DNA from: Octopus sinensis
Taxonomy: Eukaryota
DNA length: 64,000 bases
NCBI RefSeq assembly: GCF_006345805.1
Contig: NC_043004.1
Coordinates: forward strand, 43,834,001-43,898,000
Direction: 5' to 3'
The position numbers and the translations under genes are program-made. How positions within the stretch are numbered: position 1 is the first letter of the stretch; every line of letters starts with the position of its first letter. Positions 38,366-51,288 of this stretch are shown one piece after another. The notes under the pieces are model-generated. The model made no database searches and was not told the origin of the DNA. It saw only the letters and a program-made list of their open reading frames with translations.

Positions 38366-39152
38366 GGCAGTAGCAACATAACAAAGACAGAATCAAGACG
38401 CATGGACCATTCGCAGCAGATTTCCTCCTCAATCGGTTCCTGGAAGTCATTATACGTTCCCACCCCTTAATACCGAGTTCAAATCCAGCTGGTGCCAAGG
38501 ACTTAAGCTAAAAGCATGAATCCTCTGAGAAAAGCAAACGAATGTATACAACAACAAAACAAGAACGGAAAATTAAACGGGAAAGGTAGAATTATATACA
38601 TGCAACGGAACGCATTTTGGCTTTACAACAGACGGAAAATAATTGTATATTTATAAATACGAATACATAGATAACAGAAAGGGTCTTTCGACTATCAGAC
38701 GAGCATAACGTTCGTGCAACAGAAAAAGAATTATACACATAGAACGGACAAACACCTTTGGGTTATACAACGAAAGGAAAATATATGCGACATAAATAAT
38801 AGAATGGGTCTTTCGACTATCATACAAACGTAGTAAATGGCGCAAAGTAAAAAGTAAAATATCTTAAGAGACCAAGTGGAAGAGCAAACGAAAGTGACCT
38901 GCCTGAACGGCGGCTAGTCGATGATAGACATACAGCAATCACGTGGTAGGAGAAGGAAAGGGTTGAAGAGAGCAGAGGGACTAAGGAATAGGAAAGACGG
39001 GAAAGAAATCAAAAGGTCTGAAGAGTGAAAGAGGCAGAGGAACACACGAGGCAGAAACAGAGAGAGAAAGGTACAAAGGATGCAAATGAGGAAGAAAAGC
39101 TAAGGGATTGAAGAATAAGAGGCTGTATGGTAACGAGGTTGCTTCCCAACTA

Positions 39153-40246
39153 TTGGGTTGGCAACTAAGTTCGCGCCGATTTTTTTTTTAATTTAAAGTT
39201 TTTAAATGGTTTAATAAAAAAAAAATAACAACTAACTAATCAATAATGTATTCACCCTTGTTGTTTAAAATTTCTTCCCAACGTTTTCAAATACCTCGTT
39301 GGTAGAAATCATCCGATTTCGACTCGAAGAATTGATGCAAACAAGCTCTCAGTTCTACATCTGTATTGAACGAATCTCCGCTCATTGGATTGGAAAGCGA
39401 TCGAAAGAGGTCGAAATCCGTTGGTGGCAAACCAAGAGTGTACGGCGGTGTGTGGCAGCACTTCCCAGCCATGCGTTTGAATGGCTTCCTTGGTCATACC
39501 GGCGATATGAGGGCGGGCGTTGTCGTGCAGCAGAAGAACGCCTTGCTGCCAATTAGGTCTTTTCTCTTGAATAGCCGTGTTGAGTCGTTCAATCTGTTGA
39601 ACATAGAGTTCCGCGTTTACCGTTTTGTTCCGTTCAAGCAATTCGTTATGGATAATCCCTTCCCAGTCCCACCATACGCACAACATCATTTTACGCGGAT
39701 GAAGATCTTGTTTCATTCGCGGTATCGCTTGTTTACCGGAGCTAAGCTGTTCCTTATGCTGTTTCATATCTATTTACAAACACCATTTTTCGTCGCCAGT
39801 AACGATTCGGTAAAGGAATCGTTGCTTTTTCCCTTGTCATTTGCCGAGAATTTTCGAACAAAAGTTGGTTCAATTGCTCTTCATCGAACTCAACTGGACG
39901 GCCAGAACTTGGTGCATTTTTGAAGTCAAAATTTTCATGTTTTGTCTTGGCATACCAATCACGAGCGGTTCTTTCAGTTAGAGCACCCTCTCTATACACA
40001 ACAAAAATGTCGTGATAGCATTTGCGGCCTTTAACTTTGATTAAAAGCAAAGAGAAGGAGGTGTTGAAAATGCTCGATTTTCTTAACTTGACATTTCATT
40101 TTAATGTTCTGTAAATAAACAAAAATTAACAAAAATTAACTAGAAAAAATAACAAAATAGATTCCAAAATGATTCAAAAACAGAATTCTCTAAATAAAAT
40201 AGATTCCAAAATTTTAAAAACCATGGAAACTTAGTTGCAAATCCTA
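39153..40246 (-). mobile_element. Decayed mariner transposon, TA-flanked
   Basis: TIRs TTGGGTTGGCAACTAAG / TAGGATTTGCAACTAAG; TA at 39151-52 and 40247-48. Confidence 0.85.
39287..40050 (-). pseudogene. Mariner DD34D-type transposase pseudogene (internal deletion, frameshifts)
   Basis: SGRPVEFDE; KMMLCVWWDWEGII; LLHDNARPH; PPYTLGLPPTDFDLFRSL. Confidence 0.9.
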
Positions 40247-40248
40247 TA

Positions 40249-40252
40249 TATA

Positions 40253-40306
<54 letters not shown>

Positions 40307-40520
40307 GTTTGTATATCTGTGTTTCTCCCCCCAAACATCGCCTGAAAACCGATGCTGGTGTGTTTACGTCCCCGTAAATTAGCGGTTCGGCAAAAGAAAC
40401 CGATAGAATAAGTACTAGGCTTACAAAGGATAAGTTCTGGGGTCGATTTACTCGACTGAAGGTGGTGCTCCAGGATGGCCACAGTCAAATGACTGAAACA
40501 AGTAAAAGAGTAAAAGAGTA
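40249..40520 (+). mobile_element. SINE family A 3' half (head fragment at 39118-39150 on the far side of the mariner)
   Basis: Internal (TG)n and tail match. Confidence 0.8.
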
Positions 40521-40555
40521 TAGAAAATGCTAAAATAATTTTATAAAAAGCATTT

Positions 40556-40591
40556 CAGTACCGGTTTCAGTCATGGAGACTTTTTCAACTG
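40556..40591 (-). ncRNA. Minimal HHR motif with compensated U3-A8 core
   Basis: Minus strand reads CAG TTGAAAA AGTC tccat GACT GAAA CCGG T A CTG. Palindrome ACCGGT; cleavage GUA at 40559/40558. Confidence 0.6.
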
Positions 40592-40774
40592 TAAGTATGG
40601 AAAACAATTAAATTTTGGAAAAATTTAAAAAGTTTTTATAAAAGAATATTTGCATAATATTCAAATACAAGTGGCATTTCCTTGTTTCTGCCTGTTTCTA
40701 TCACTCTTGTTTACTCTTGTGGGTTCGAGGTCGTTGTGAATTCTTAGTAGGGAAGAAGAAAAGAAGAAGAAAAG

Positions 40775-40910
<136 letters not shown>

Positions 40911-41445
40911 TGGGAGTGCCATGACAGTAGTATGTTAAATGGTCAACTGCCCGCTATGGATGGTAGTAGAATGGTCAAGTGACTCACTGTGGTTGGTAGT
41001 AGTAATTGTTGAATTCCTGAAACATCTCTTTTGAATGTTTTGTATATAAAATTTGCGTAGGTGTTCTTCTAAACAGCAATAGCGGTAAAGTTTGGAAGGA
41101 GGAGGAAGAAGACAAAGAAGAAGAAAGAGAAAGGAGAATAAGAAGGAATGTAGGTAGTATGAAAGTAGTAAAGTGTTAAATAGTAAAATGGCTTAAATTT
41201 GGCTCGTTATGGATTATAGCAGTGATTGGAACTGTTTTTTAATGAATTCTTGGGAATATCTTGAGTGTATCATTTATAATATTTGCATGTGTTTGTGTTA
41301 TTCTAAGGCCGTGGTGGATATGTCGTTTGTTGTAGACACGTTCAAAAGGGGTCTGTATTTTGTAATAAAGAGAGTCTCTTTACTGATTCGTTGGCTCCAG
41401 GTTGTATCGTCCCTGAATTGGTACAGGGCAAAAATTCTGAAGCTT

Positions 41446-41619
41446 ATGAACTTGTAACATTATCTCTAACTACATAGAAATGATTGGCATTAGCTAAGCC
41501 TTCTCTAATGTGAGAGATTTATGCCATATATATATATATGACATAAATCTTTTACATGGTAGAAGGCTTAGCTTATGCTAATCACGCCTATATAGTTAGA
41601 AATAATGTTACAAGTTCAT
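41446..41619. repeat. ~174-bp imperfect palindrome centred on (TA)n
   Basis: atgaacttgtaacattat... / ...ataatgttacaagttcat. Confidence 0.8.
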
Positions 41620-41869
41620 GCTATCATGAGAAGTTGGCATTCCATATTACTAGGAGGAAGTATATTTTGTAAATGAATCAGGGATAAGCAAATTTTACGG
41701 GATATAATCAGTCATTGCTAAAATTAGAAGCAGAACACGTAATTACGATTTTTTTCAGGTGAATTGATTATATGTAGATAAAAAAAGAATGATGTATATT
41801 TATGAACTAACATATTTACGTAGTCCAAAATTGATTATGTAGTCATATTCAGGCACGGTTGCTATTTTT

Positions 41870-43330
41870 CAATACCTCTCTTTATTTAAATATTGTTGTG
41901 TAGAGGTTGTGTATTGCATTGCTTCTGGGGAAAATTGTAAAGTTTGCTTAGATCCTCCCTGCACATCTCTTTTGAGTTCGCTAAACGGTATTTGCCTGTG
42001 TCTACATAAAAGAATTTTCTCCTTTGTTCACTGCCTGGAAGATATTTTTGTTTGACCTATATAGTTGTCGCAACATACTGAATATTTTATGACCTACAAA
42101 CCCTTTTGTTACCAACCCGGCCAAAACCGGCTCTGGCTTTGTAGTATAAATGTCTTGTTTTCATAAGTTTTGAATTAAAATATTCCACCAAGCCTTAGTC
42201 ACAATTTATGTTCCAAACACTATCTGAATGATAACTAAGTTATTTTACTAAATTCTTTGTGATATTTAAAATAATTGAAAGAAACACAGAGCATCTCAAA
42301 ATAAATACAGTAACAAAAGGGTTAAGTTTTCGGCTGCACAAGCAAACTCAGTCTTAATTTTGAAATTTTGTCCTTGTTTAAAGTGGGATTTTAAACCTTC
42401 AAATAGCTTCGGGCATGCTTCGGATTTTTAATTGTGTGTTGTGTTGTTATTGTTATTGTTGACGATAACTTCGCACATGTCAGTATTTTCTTTAGTGATT
42501 TTGTTTATTTCTACTTTTGCTGGATTTATCTGGACGTAGGATTTGGTTAACCTTAGAACCTTAGTGAGCATAGGTAAATTTTATATGTTATATGCTTCTA
42601 GGGTTGTGGGTAGAAATATAGCATAGTGTTTTTTTTTTAATCGGGTGTGTTATTTTGTTTTGTTTCCCATAGTGTTTCGAAATCTCTTTTTTTCTTACAT
42701 TTTATCTCATCATCTATTAGTGAAGGAGGATAAGCTTTCTCGACTAGTATGAATTTAAGTTCATAAAGACGTAGTCCCCATGTAATCTCATCAGACAATA
42801 TTGTGCAAATCCTTTTCACTACATTCAGTGAAGTAATTATTTTAATGACTTTCATGTGGCTTCAGATAAATAGTAAGTATTGTTTCAAATCTGTATTTTA
42901 TAAGAGAAGTCGGTTTCAGTTTGATTACGAGCTATTTTTTTTTTCGGTTTTATTTCATTAAAATAACAAGAAACAGAAGAGTCTTCGTTGTTTGCAATTG
43001 TAAATTGAATGTTAGTATTTATGCAATTGAGCAGTGTTTTACATTAGAATTGTTTACGAGTATCCAAAAGGATAAACCGGTCTTTCAGATATATTTTTCG
43101 GCTCTCTCTTATATAATGATAAAATGAGTATCTCTATTTTTGTAATGATGCGTGATACGTAGTCAATTCCAAATCCACCCATAACTAGATGTGCAAGAAT
43201 TAGGGCTGCTTTGGATCCCATCACAATTCTACATCTGACCAGTAGTAATTTGTATCAAACAGTAAGTAAATTGTTCTGGAGGATAAATCTTCATGCTTTA
43301 ATTACAAATTCATTGTTAATTCACTCTGAT
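41870..43330 (-). pseudogene. Decayed PLE (RT + GIY-YIG), second family
   Basis: VMGSKAALILAHLVMG (43203-23 region); KRICTILSDEITWGLRLYELKFILVEKAYPPSLID; CDNYIGQTK (~42046-70). Confidence 0.7.
42101..42321. mobile_element. piggyBac-like MITE inserted in the decayed PLE
   Basis: TIR CCCTTTTGTTAC / GTAACAAAAGGG; TTAA on the right (42322-25), degenerate CAAA on the left. Confidence 0.65.
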
Positions 43331-43954
43331 AGTTGTTTTGGATATTTTTCCAGCCTGAATTTCTTTCTATTGCATACAACGTCGGATCGTACGCACTTAC
43401 AATAAACGTTTGATATTGAAATATGGTTACTTCAACGAATTCTTACGAAGCGAGACACATTCTATTTACTTCCCATAAGTATGACCTCAGCGATATGATT
43501 CGTATGAATGACACGAATAATCGATGTATCAATAATTTATAATATCGACACTCAGTGTTATCTATCCTATGAGTAATATGGAATCAGGTGAATTAACTCC
43601 AATAACTAACAATCAATTATCTTATCAAATCCTGAAATCAAAGATTTGATATAACCCATAACATACGGAGGTGAACTAAAATACCAGAATTCTTCGCTTT
43701 ATAAAAGCCAATCTAGACGATCGTGCTAAAGAATATATCTCAATATAAGTGCTGCGGATATCATTCATTCCAGACGTTGGTTAATATGAAACTTAGTTTT
43801 CCATCCAGAATAAATGCGTACGGTACACAGTTACATTATTCAATAACCGTCTAATACTAATACTATGCTGTTTTTTCATGGTGACAAGTGTGGAAAAAAA
43901 ACAAAAGCTACACTCTCAACGAAGTACCAATAACGAACCCCAAAGAGATAGTGA

Positions 43955-44117
43955 ACAATAATTTACTTACATTATTTACATTATTTACATTTGACGAATA
44001 TTTGTCCTCGTCATGTTTGTTGCTAACACAACATTGCGGCTGGTATACCCTCCAGCCTTCATCAGGTGTCATGGGGAAATTTCGAACCTGGGTTCTCATT
44101 CCGAAGATATTTTTCGA

Positions 44118-44182
<65 letters not shown>

Positions 44183-44260
44183 TCACTGCCTGGAATCCAA
44201 CTCAGAATCTTGGGGTCAGTAGCCCGCGCTCTTAACCACTACGCCATATACCCGTGGGCA
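43955..44260 (-). mobile_element. tRNA-head + (AAT)n + HHR-tail element, copy 1
   Basis: Minus strand reads GGCGTAGTGGTTAAGAGCGCGGGCTAC...GAGTTGGATTCC, then (AAT)n, then the HHR tail. Confidence 0.8.
44026..44069 (-). ncRNA. HHR motif, A13C variant (probably inactive)
   Basis: ACAC CTGATGA A GGCTGG agggtata CCAGCC GCAA TG T T GTGT. Confidence 0.65.
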
Positions 44261-44262
44261 TA

Positions 44263-44376
44263 AGCACGCGGGTATATGTCATAGAGGTTATGAGCGCGGT
44301 CCACTAACCCCAGGATTCAGAGTTGGATTCCGGGTAGTAACCTGAATAATAATAAAATAATAATAACAACAACAAC

Positions 44377-44438
<62 letters not shown>

Positions 44439-44686
44439 CAACAATAATAATAATAACAATATTAATAATAATAACAATAATAATAATAACAACAACAACA
44501 ACAACACCGAAAAATATCTTATGAATGAGAACCGAGGTTCTAAATTTACCCAAGACACCTGATGAAGCCTGGAGGATATATCAGCCGAAATGTTGTATTA
44601 ACAACAAACAAGGGGAGTACTATTATCCCTCAAACGTAAGTAATGTAAATAATGTACATAATTCCTCATCTCTTAAATATAGAACA
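44263..44686 (+). mobile_element. tRNA-head + (AAT)n + HHR-tail element, copy 2
   Basis: Colinear with copy 1 in opposite orientation; tail ends CTCATCTCTTAAATATAGAAC. Confidence 0.8.
44555..44598 (+). ncRNA. HHR motif, canonical core with stem mismatches
   Basis: ACAC CTGATGA A GCCTG gaggatatat CAGCC GAAA TG T T GTAT. Confidence 0.65.
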
Positions 44687-46071
44687 ATAGTTTACTTGTC
44701 GAAACTTCACACATTGCCTCATTATTGCTCGAAGTCGTTTGACTTCATTTCCTTCGTAGTCTACAACCGAGTATCTAGAAATAGATCTACGTTTTATTAC
44801 CAACACGATTGTCCTTGGTTATAATGCAAAATTCACGATAAAGTGAACGCTTTACTGATTATGCCGTATTTAGAAATTTGCTCTGAGCTGCTTATCGAGT
44901 ACTACAGCTCAAAGACATCACCTGTTATCTTAGATTTAAATGCCGACTGATATTTATTTCGAAAATAGAATTAAATATTTCTAAAATGTATTTTCCCTCC
45001 GCATATTGAAGAGATATATTTATCATTTTATACAATGCTTCTTTTACAATGGATTTTACAAAATTTTGAGTGACGATACTTTAGCCTTCGTATCACTAAG
45101 AACCACTCTTTTTCGACATATGGGTAAAATTTATTATATCTGTGAAAAAGAATCTCTAATAATTTTATATTCATTTCTCTATTTAATAGAGTATGCATTT
45201 ATTAAGCCTGTAAAACTGTGGCCATTAAATGCTAATATGGTATTTGCATTTACCAAAATCTAAACACCATATAACGTTAAGAATATGAAGTATCCTCATG
45301 CCTAATTTATTTCCTGGCAATTACCGGTGTTCAGAAGAATTTTCCTAAACAGCTCCCCTAAAACCAAATGAATTGCACCACTTAGAATCATGGTCACGCA
45401 TCTGATGTAACACAAGCGATATATAAATATAACAGGCATTTTATTAAACCTTATCGTGGCTGAGAATCAATCATGTCATTTCATTGCATTTGATGTTATG
45501 GGTTTGAATATTAATGTCGATGTATATAAGGCCCATACAAAGGAACCTACAAAATACTGATGTATGTTAAACCCTTTATGGAACAAAACAAGGATTTCTA
45601 CCAAATTGAAATGGTATAATACTTTATCCGAATAACATGTCACGTTCGATAATAAAAAATAAAAACACTTGGTGATCTAGCGCTTTACTCTAGTTTAGCT
45701 CGGTAAATTTCCTCTATTGAATTTTTTCTGCCTTGTGTGAAAGTATTCCATATATTAAATATTAAAGCTTTGATGACAACATATAGATTTTGTAATAATT
45801 AAGTATTTAGTGTCATATACAAACAGGTTAGTGCGAATTAAAAAAAAAATTCTTTTACTTTTAACAGCTTGAAATTTAATATTTTAGCAATTTTATGATA
45901 GTTGATTATACGAGATACTGACAGAAATGCAATACACTAAATTCTGAATAGACGCTTACAATCTATATGATTATAACATATTCAACTCAAGATAAATTAT
46001 CTGGAGAATTCCACAAAAATCTATCGTACATTTTTGGATGAAAACATAAATAATAATAATATCTTTTTTTT

Positions 46072-46465
46072 TTTACTCGTTTCAGTCATTTGACTGCGGC
46101 CATGCTGGAGCACCGCCTTTAGTCGAGCAAATCGACCCCGGGACTTATTCTTTGTAAGCGCAATATTTATTCTATCAGTCTCTTTGCCGAACCGCTAAGT
46201 GACGGGGACGTAAACACACCAGCATCGGTCGTGAAGCGATGTTGGGGGGACAAACACAGACACACAAACACACACATACATATACATATATATATATATA
46301 TATGACAGGCTTCTTTCAGTTTCCGTTAACCAAATCCACTCACAAGGCTTTAGTCGGCCCGAGGCTATAGTAGAAGACACTTGCCCAAGATGCCACGCAG
46401 TGGAACTGAATCCGGAACCATATGGTTGGTAAGCAAGCTACTTACCACACAGCCACTCCTGCACC
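46072..46465 (-). mobile_element. SINE family A
   Basis: Full body match. Confidence 0.9.
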
Positions 46466-47410
46466 TACGTACATCAAATACGCGTAGCGTGTTCAAAGTT
46501 TAATAGAAAAAGAATATCGATAACCGAAAATAAATGAGGACAGGATATGGGTGTAGTCATTTTGAAAATACCTGAAAGAATTATGTTTATCTTATCACTC
46601 TGGAGGTAAGAATGTATTTGACAGCTAGATACAAACAGCTGCAAAACTATACTTCAATGCACTAAGTTCTTTTTTATTTGTCATTTGAAGAAATTTTATG
46701 ATGTGAAAGAAATCTATATTGAAATATATTACAGAGATGTGAATGTAGTTTCCTATCTTCTGGCAAAGTTCCTATTTTATATGCATTCAAACATCCGGTG
46801 CAGATAATTCTAATGCTGCAGCAATCCATACAAGTTGGATGAATAGAATATGTCACACTTATGCTATACAAAAAATTATACCGAGGGCAGATATATGATA
46901 TATGGCAAATTTTCTATGATGTATGCATTCATGCATCCGGTTGAGATAAGCAAAACGTTGGAAGAGTACATGGTTTTATTAATCGATTGTCACCCCCATT
47001 GGCTATAAAGCAATAAGAAAACGATGAAAAGTTATATATGATATATACGTGTGCGCCTGAATGATAGCATACACAAGTGTAGATGAATATATATATATAT
47101 ATATACATACATGTGTGGGGGAAGCATATATGAATCGTATTAAAATCAAGCAATAATAGTTTCGCTTTTATCAGGCTTGTTCATATTTTCCAATATGTAA
47201 TGTTCGTAAGAACATCATCTATGTTTCTAGACTTCCCAGTTTCAACTTCGAGATTATTTTAAGTTGATTTTTTTTTTTTTTACCAAGGTCTAATCAAAAT
47301 TTTCTCTATTCAGTAAAGTAGGTGTAATTTTAGAAAGAGTCCCATTTTTTAAATGGGAGCTCATAGTTATGTTTGTTGGTCTTCTTCAACTTAACGGGAG
47401 CTACTTCTTG

Positions 47411-47441
<31 letters not shown>

Positions 47442-47464
47442 ATCTATCTATCTATCTATCTATA

Positions 47465-47510
<46 letters not shown>

Positions 47511-48013
47511 CCTATCTACCTATCTATCTACCTAGTAAAGTGAGAGTAGAGAGACAAGTTTTGTCTAGTGAATGTTTTAAAAAAGATGGGTGAATGTAGC
47601 GAGGATGGCACGTATGAATGACGAAGCCACCTTGACTATGATCCTATGAACCGTAAAAATTAATACTGAGAGTTGCTTATTTGTAAAAAAAATATAACAT
47701 GTTACTTCATTGACCGAGGTTATCGTGGTCGTTTCCGTAGGCTATTTTTCCACGGGTAAACCTCACCTGTCCTACGCTTTACACTCTATATTGACATTTC
47801 TGTGATAACGATCCCTATTGATCGATTTTTTCTTTTTCCTTTTATTTTTATCCCCCCACTTTTATTTATTTATTTTTTTTTTGCTTTCCTCTTTCTTTCC
47901 TTTTACGATCCCTTTTGATCGAAAGCCGAAACCCCTTTTTTAACTCCAAAAAGAAAAGCTCTACCTTGTAATTTGTCCCGTCTGTGTGCAGCCCTGTGTG
48001 GCTAATAAAAACA

Positions 48014-48100
<87 letters not shown>

Positions 48101-48879
48101 ATATATATATATATATACACACACATATGCATACATACATACACACATACATACATACATAATTCATTACGTTTTCTGTTATATTGTTCAGGTGCTGACA
48201 CCAATGTTACTGGTGATGAAAGAGAGATTAGAGAGAGAAAATACTATTCTGGAGTTTTAGTTTGCCTTTTTTGTTCCAGCTGGAGCCATGATTTAAATTA
48301 TAATCTTCGACTTACGTTGCAAACTATAAGTTTGATCTTGCAACGAGCTTAGTGCATGATAATAATGCATAACACAATTTGATGTTTACATGCGTGATTA
48401 GAATTCCTTATATAATATACGTGTTTTTAGTAAGGAAATATAGACATCGAGCTCCATAAAAATAGAACGTAATTTAAATGTGCATGTCTTGTTAAGTTTA
48501 AGTGGCATACTGGCATGTTAAACAATTGATGGAGACTATTATGTTTAGTATAAAAATATAGAGAAAGCATATATTAGAACACTATCCTTAATAACATTTC
48601 TCTTTCAAAAATCTTACACGACTTCAAATGCCCTAAGAGAAAGACAATACACAATGAGTTCATATTTTCACGATTACGTTTGGTGTAGTTTGCTATTTTG
48701 AAGTATGTATTGAACTGTTAATTAACGTAATTGAATTACATCCGGCTATATATGAGCTTATATACATATACATACACCCACAAGTTTACCTTTGAGGCGG
48801 AAACAACGAAACATGATGTTTCAATTAAATGTATACCTATACTAATGAAAATGATGCACCTTAAACTATTTTTTCTTCT

Positions 48880-49242
48880 CTGGGCATAAGGCACGACATT
48901 TTGGGGGAGGGAACCAGTCGATTAGATTAACCCCAGTACGCAACTGGTACTAAATTCATCGACCACTAAATTATGAAAAGCAAAGTCGATCTCGGCGGAA
49001 TTTGAAATCAGAACGTTAAGACAGACGAAATACATATTCCTTTACTACCCACAAGCGGCTAAACACAGAGAGGGAAAACAAGGACAGACAAACGGATTAA
49101 GTCGATTATACCGTAACTGGTACTTATTTAATCGACCCCGAAAGGATGAAAGGCAAAGTCGACCTCGGCGGAATTTGAACTCAGAACGTGACGGCTACGC
49201 ATTTCGCCCGACGTGCCAACGTTTCTGCCAGCTCGCAGCCTT
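48880..49242 (-). mobile_element. Dimeric SINE family B
   Basis: Two modules joined at gacgaaatacatattcctttactacccac. Confidence 0.85.
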
Positions 49243-49399
49243 GCAACTTAAACAATTAACAGCGAACAAAAGATCCTTCATCCATTCACTTAGATAGAGA
49301 TCATCTTCCTTTAGTTAACAAAAGAAAGAATGAAGATAATACCAAAGGACTCGAAGAATGTATATAAGTAGGAATTCAAAACTTGAGATAACCCCACAA

Positions 49400-50420
49400 C
49401 TAATTAACACCTGGCCCTTTTTTGAAGAGGAATTGTATAACATATGGAACCATAAATTTTAGTAAATTTCCCTTTCGACAAAAGCCTCACCAGAGGAAAC
49501 ATTGGATCAGATCCTTGAGAAAGTGAGGGTAGCACCGGAAATTTTGGTACCAGCAGATAAGACCGGTAACTAATATGTGGTTCGTATAGATTCCTATTAT
49601 AACTTAATTTTCAAGGAATTATATAGAACTTTTATGAACACATCTTTCGCAGTTACAAAATTGAATAAAAACTGTTCTACATGTTGTGTGTAAACTAAGA
49701 TTAGATGATAGGACCGAGCTATATAACCCACCTTCCACAAGAAATATCTTAGTAACGTTAAGAATCACATGTTTAGTTTTGAAAGTAAATCAACGGTTTA
49801 ACTAATATGCTCATCTAAATCTGAAAGGTAGGGTTAGGAAGAAAATTATGAGCAGGGTGCTACTTGTTCTCTACTCTAAAATACAACTTTCATTACGTTC
49901 ATAAGTGCTAGAATATAAATAACGTATGATATTCATACAGCTTAATGTATCTTGCTGCTATCCTTCTATAATTCGATAGTGTTAAATAAGGCCTTGATAT
50001 TTGGCATAAAAATAAAATCTATTTTATCAAGCTGAGATGCTGCACGTAAAATGTTAATGGTCTATGAAAGAAAATCTCAACCCGTAGTAAAAGAACTCAT
50101 CATATATTACTGATCTCTTCCAAATGGCGTTCTGGCCTCCGAAATTGAAGCAGAGAAGACACTCTCTTTAATATAGATGTAGCGCAGGAAAACTAGAAAG
50201 ACAGGAAAAACCTATATCCTTTAAATTCTTTCGTTATCCATAGCAATATAAAAAGTTACGGATTAGCTAATCTGCTTGACGTATCGCTAGATTGATTTAC
50301 ATAGAAAGCAAATGAAAACCTATAACGCCACCAGAAACTCAAATCATGCAATTTCATTTTTTGTTTTGGGATTTGGTTTGCAAGATTCTTTATATGAGTT
50401 CGTGTGTTGAAGCATATTCT
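49400..50420 (+). pseudogene. Very decayed PLE RT fragment, third family
   Basis: LVPADKTGN (49547-70), KLRLDDRTELY, HMFSFESKST...GRVRKKI and NLLDVSLD, across frameshifts. Confidence 0.45.
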
Positions 50421-50458
50421 GTTGTGCCTGGGGAGTGCCATTTTCTTTTTTTGCCTTA

Positions 50459-50499
<41 letters not shown>

Positions 50500-50519
50500 T
50501 AGTAGTATACGATTGGAAT

Positions 50520-50730
50520 TAGAGTGGTATAAAGAAAACAGCAAAAGACCAGGACCTAGATATTGAGTTACAGGAGCTATGGAAAATGCAGATAAAATAT
50601 ATCCCTGTAGTTATAGGTGCATTAGGAAATAATCCTAAAGATTTGAACAGACGAACAGAGTGCAACTCCAGAAAGCATATTAATAGGGAGAACTAAGACA
50701 CGTAAAAGGGTCCTTAGCCTCTAATATCAC
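50520..50730 (+). pseudogene. 3' end of an R4/Dong-like RLE LINE next to (TAG)n
   Basis: KDQDLDIELQELWKMQIKYIPVVIGALG...LQKA...RVLSL* (stop 50722-24). Confidence 0.6.
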
Positions 50731-50804
50731 CTGTAGTCTGATGTAAAGCATTTTTTTCAATTGTCTAAACTTCTGTGCGTACATGAAGTAATAATAATCA
50801 TAAG

Positions 50805-51215
50805 CCTTTCTAAGATAGGCACAAGGCCTGAAATTTGTGGAAGGGGACTAGTCGATTACTCTAGCGCAGTGTTTCACTGGTACATAATTTATCTACCCCA
50901 AAAGGATGAAAGGCAAAGTCAACCTCGGCAGAATTTGAACTCAGAACGTAGCGACGAGCGCAAGACCATTAAGTATTTCGTCCGGCGTGTTATTGATTCT
51001 TTTTTACTCCAGGAGCAAGGCCCGACATTTTGGAGGAGGTGGGGCCATTCTATTAGATCGACGCCAGTACACACCTGGCACTTAATTTATCGTCCCCGAA
51101 AGGACGAAAAGCAAAACCGACCTCGGCGGAATTTGAACTGAGATCGTAGCGACAGGCGAAATACTGCTAAGTATTTCGTCCACCATGTTATCGATTCTGC
51201 CAGATCGCCGCCTTC
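50805..51215 (-). mobile_element. Two tandem SINE B modules
   Basis: Two GAATTTGAAC B-box complements. Confidence 0.8.

Positions 51216-51288
<73 letters not shown>

Noticed and set aside
48192-48352. Acceptor followed by GADTNVT (ankyrin-like)
   Set aside because: Similarity is limited to five residues, with no good donor or continuation of the repeat.
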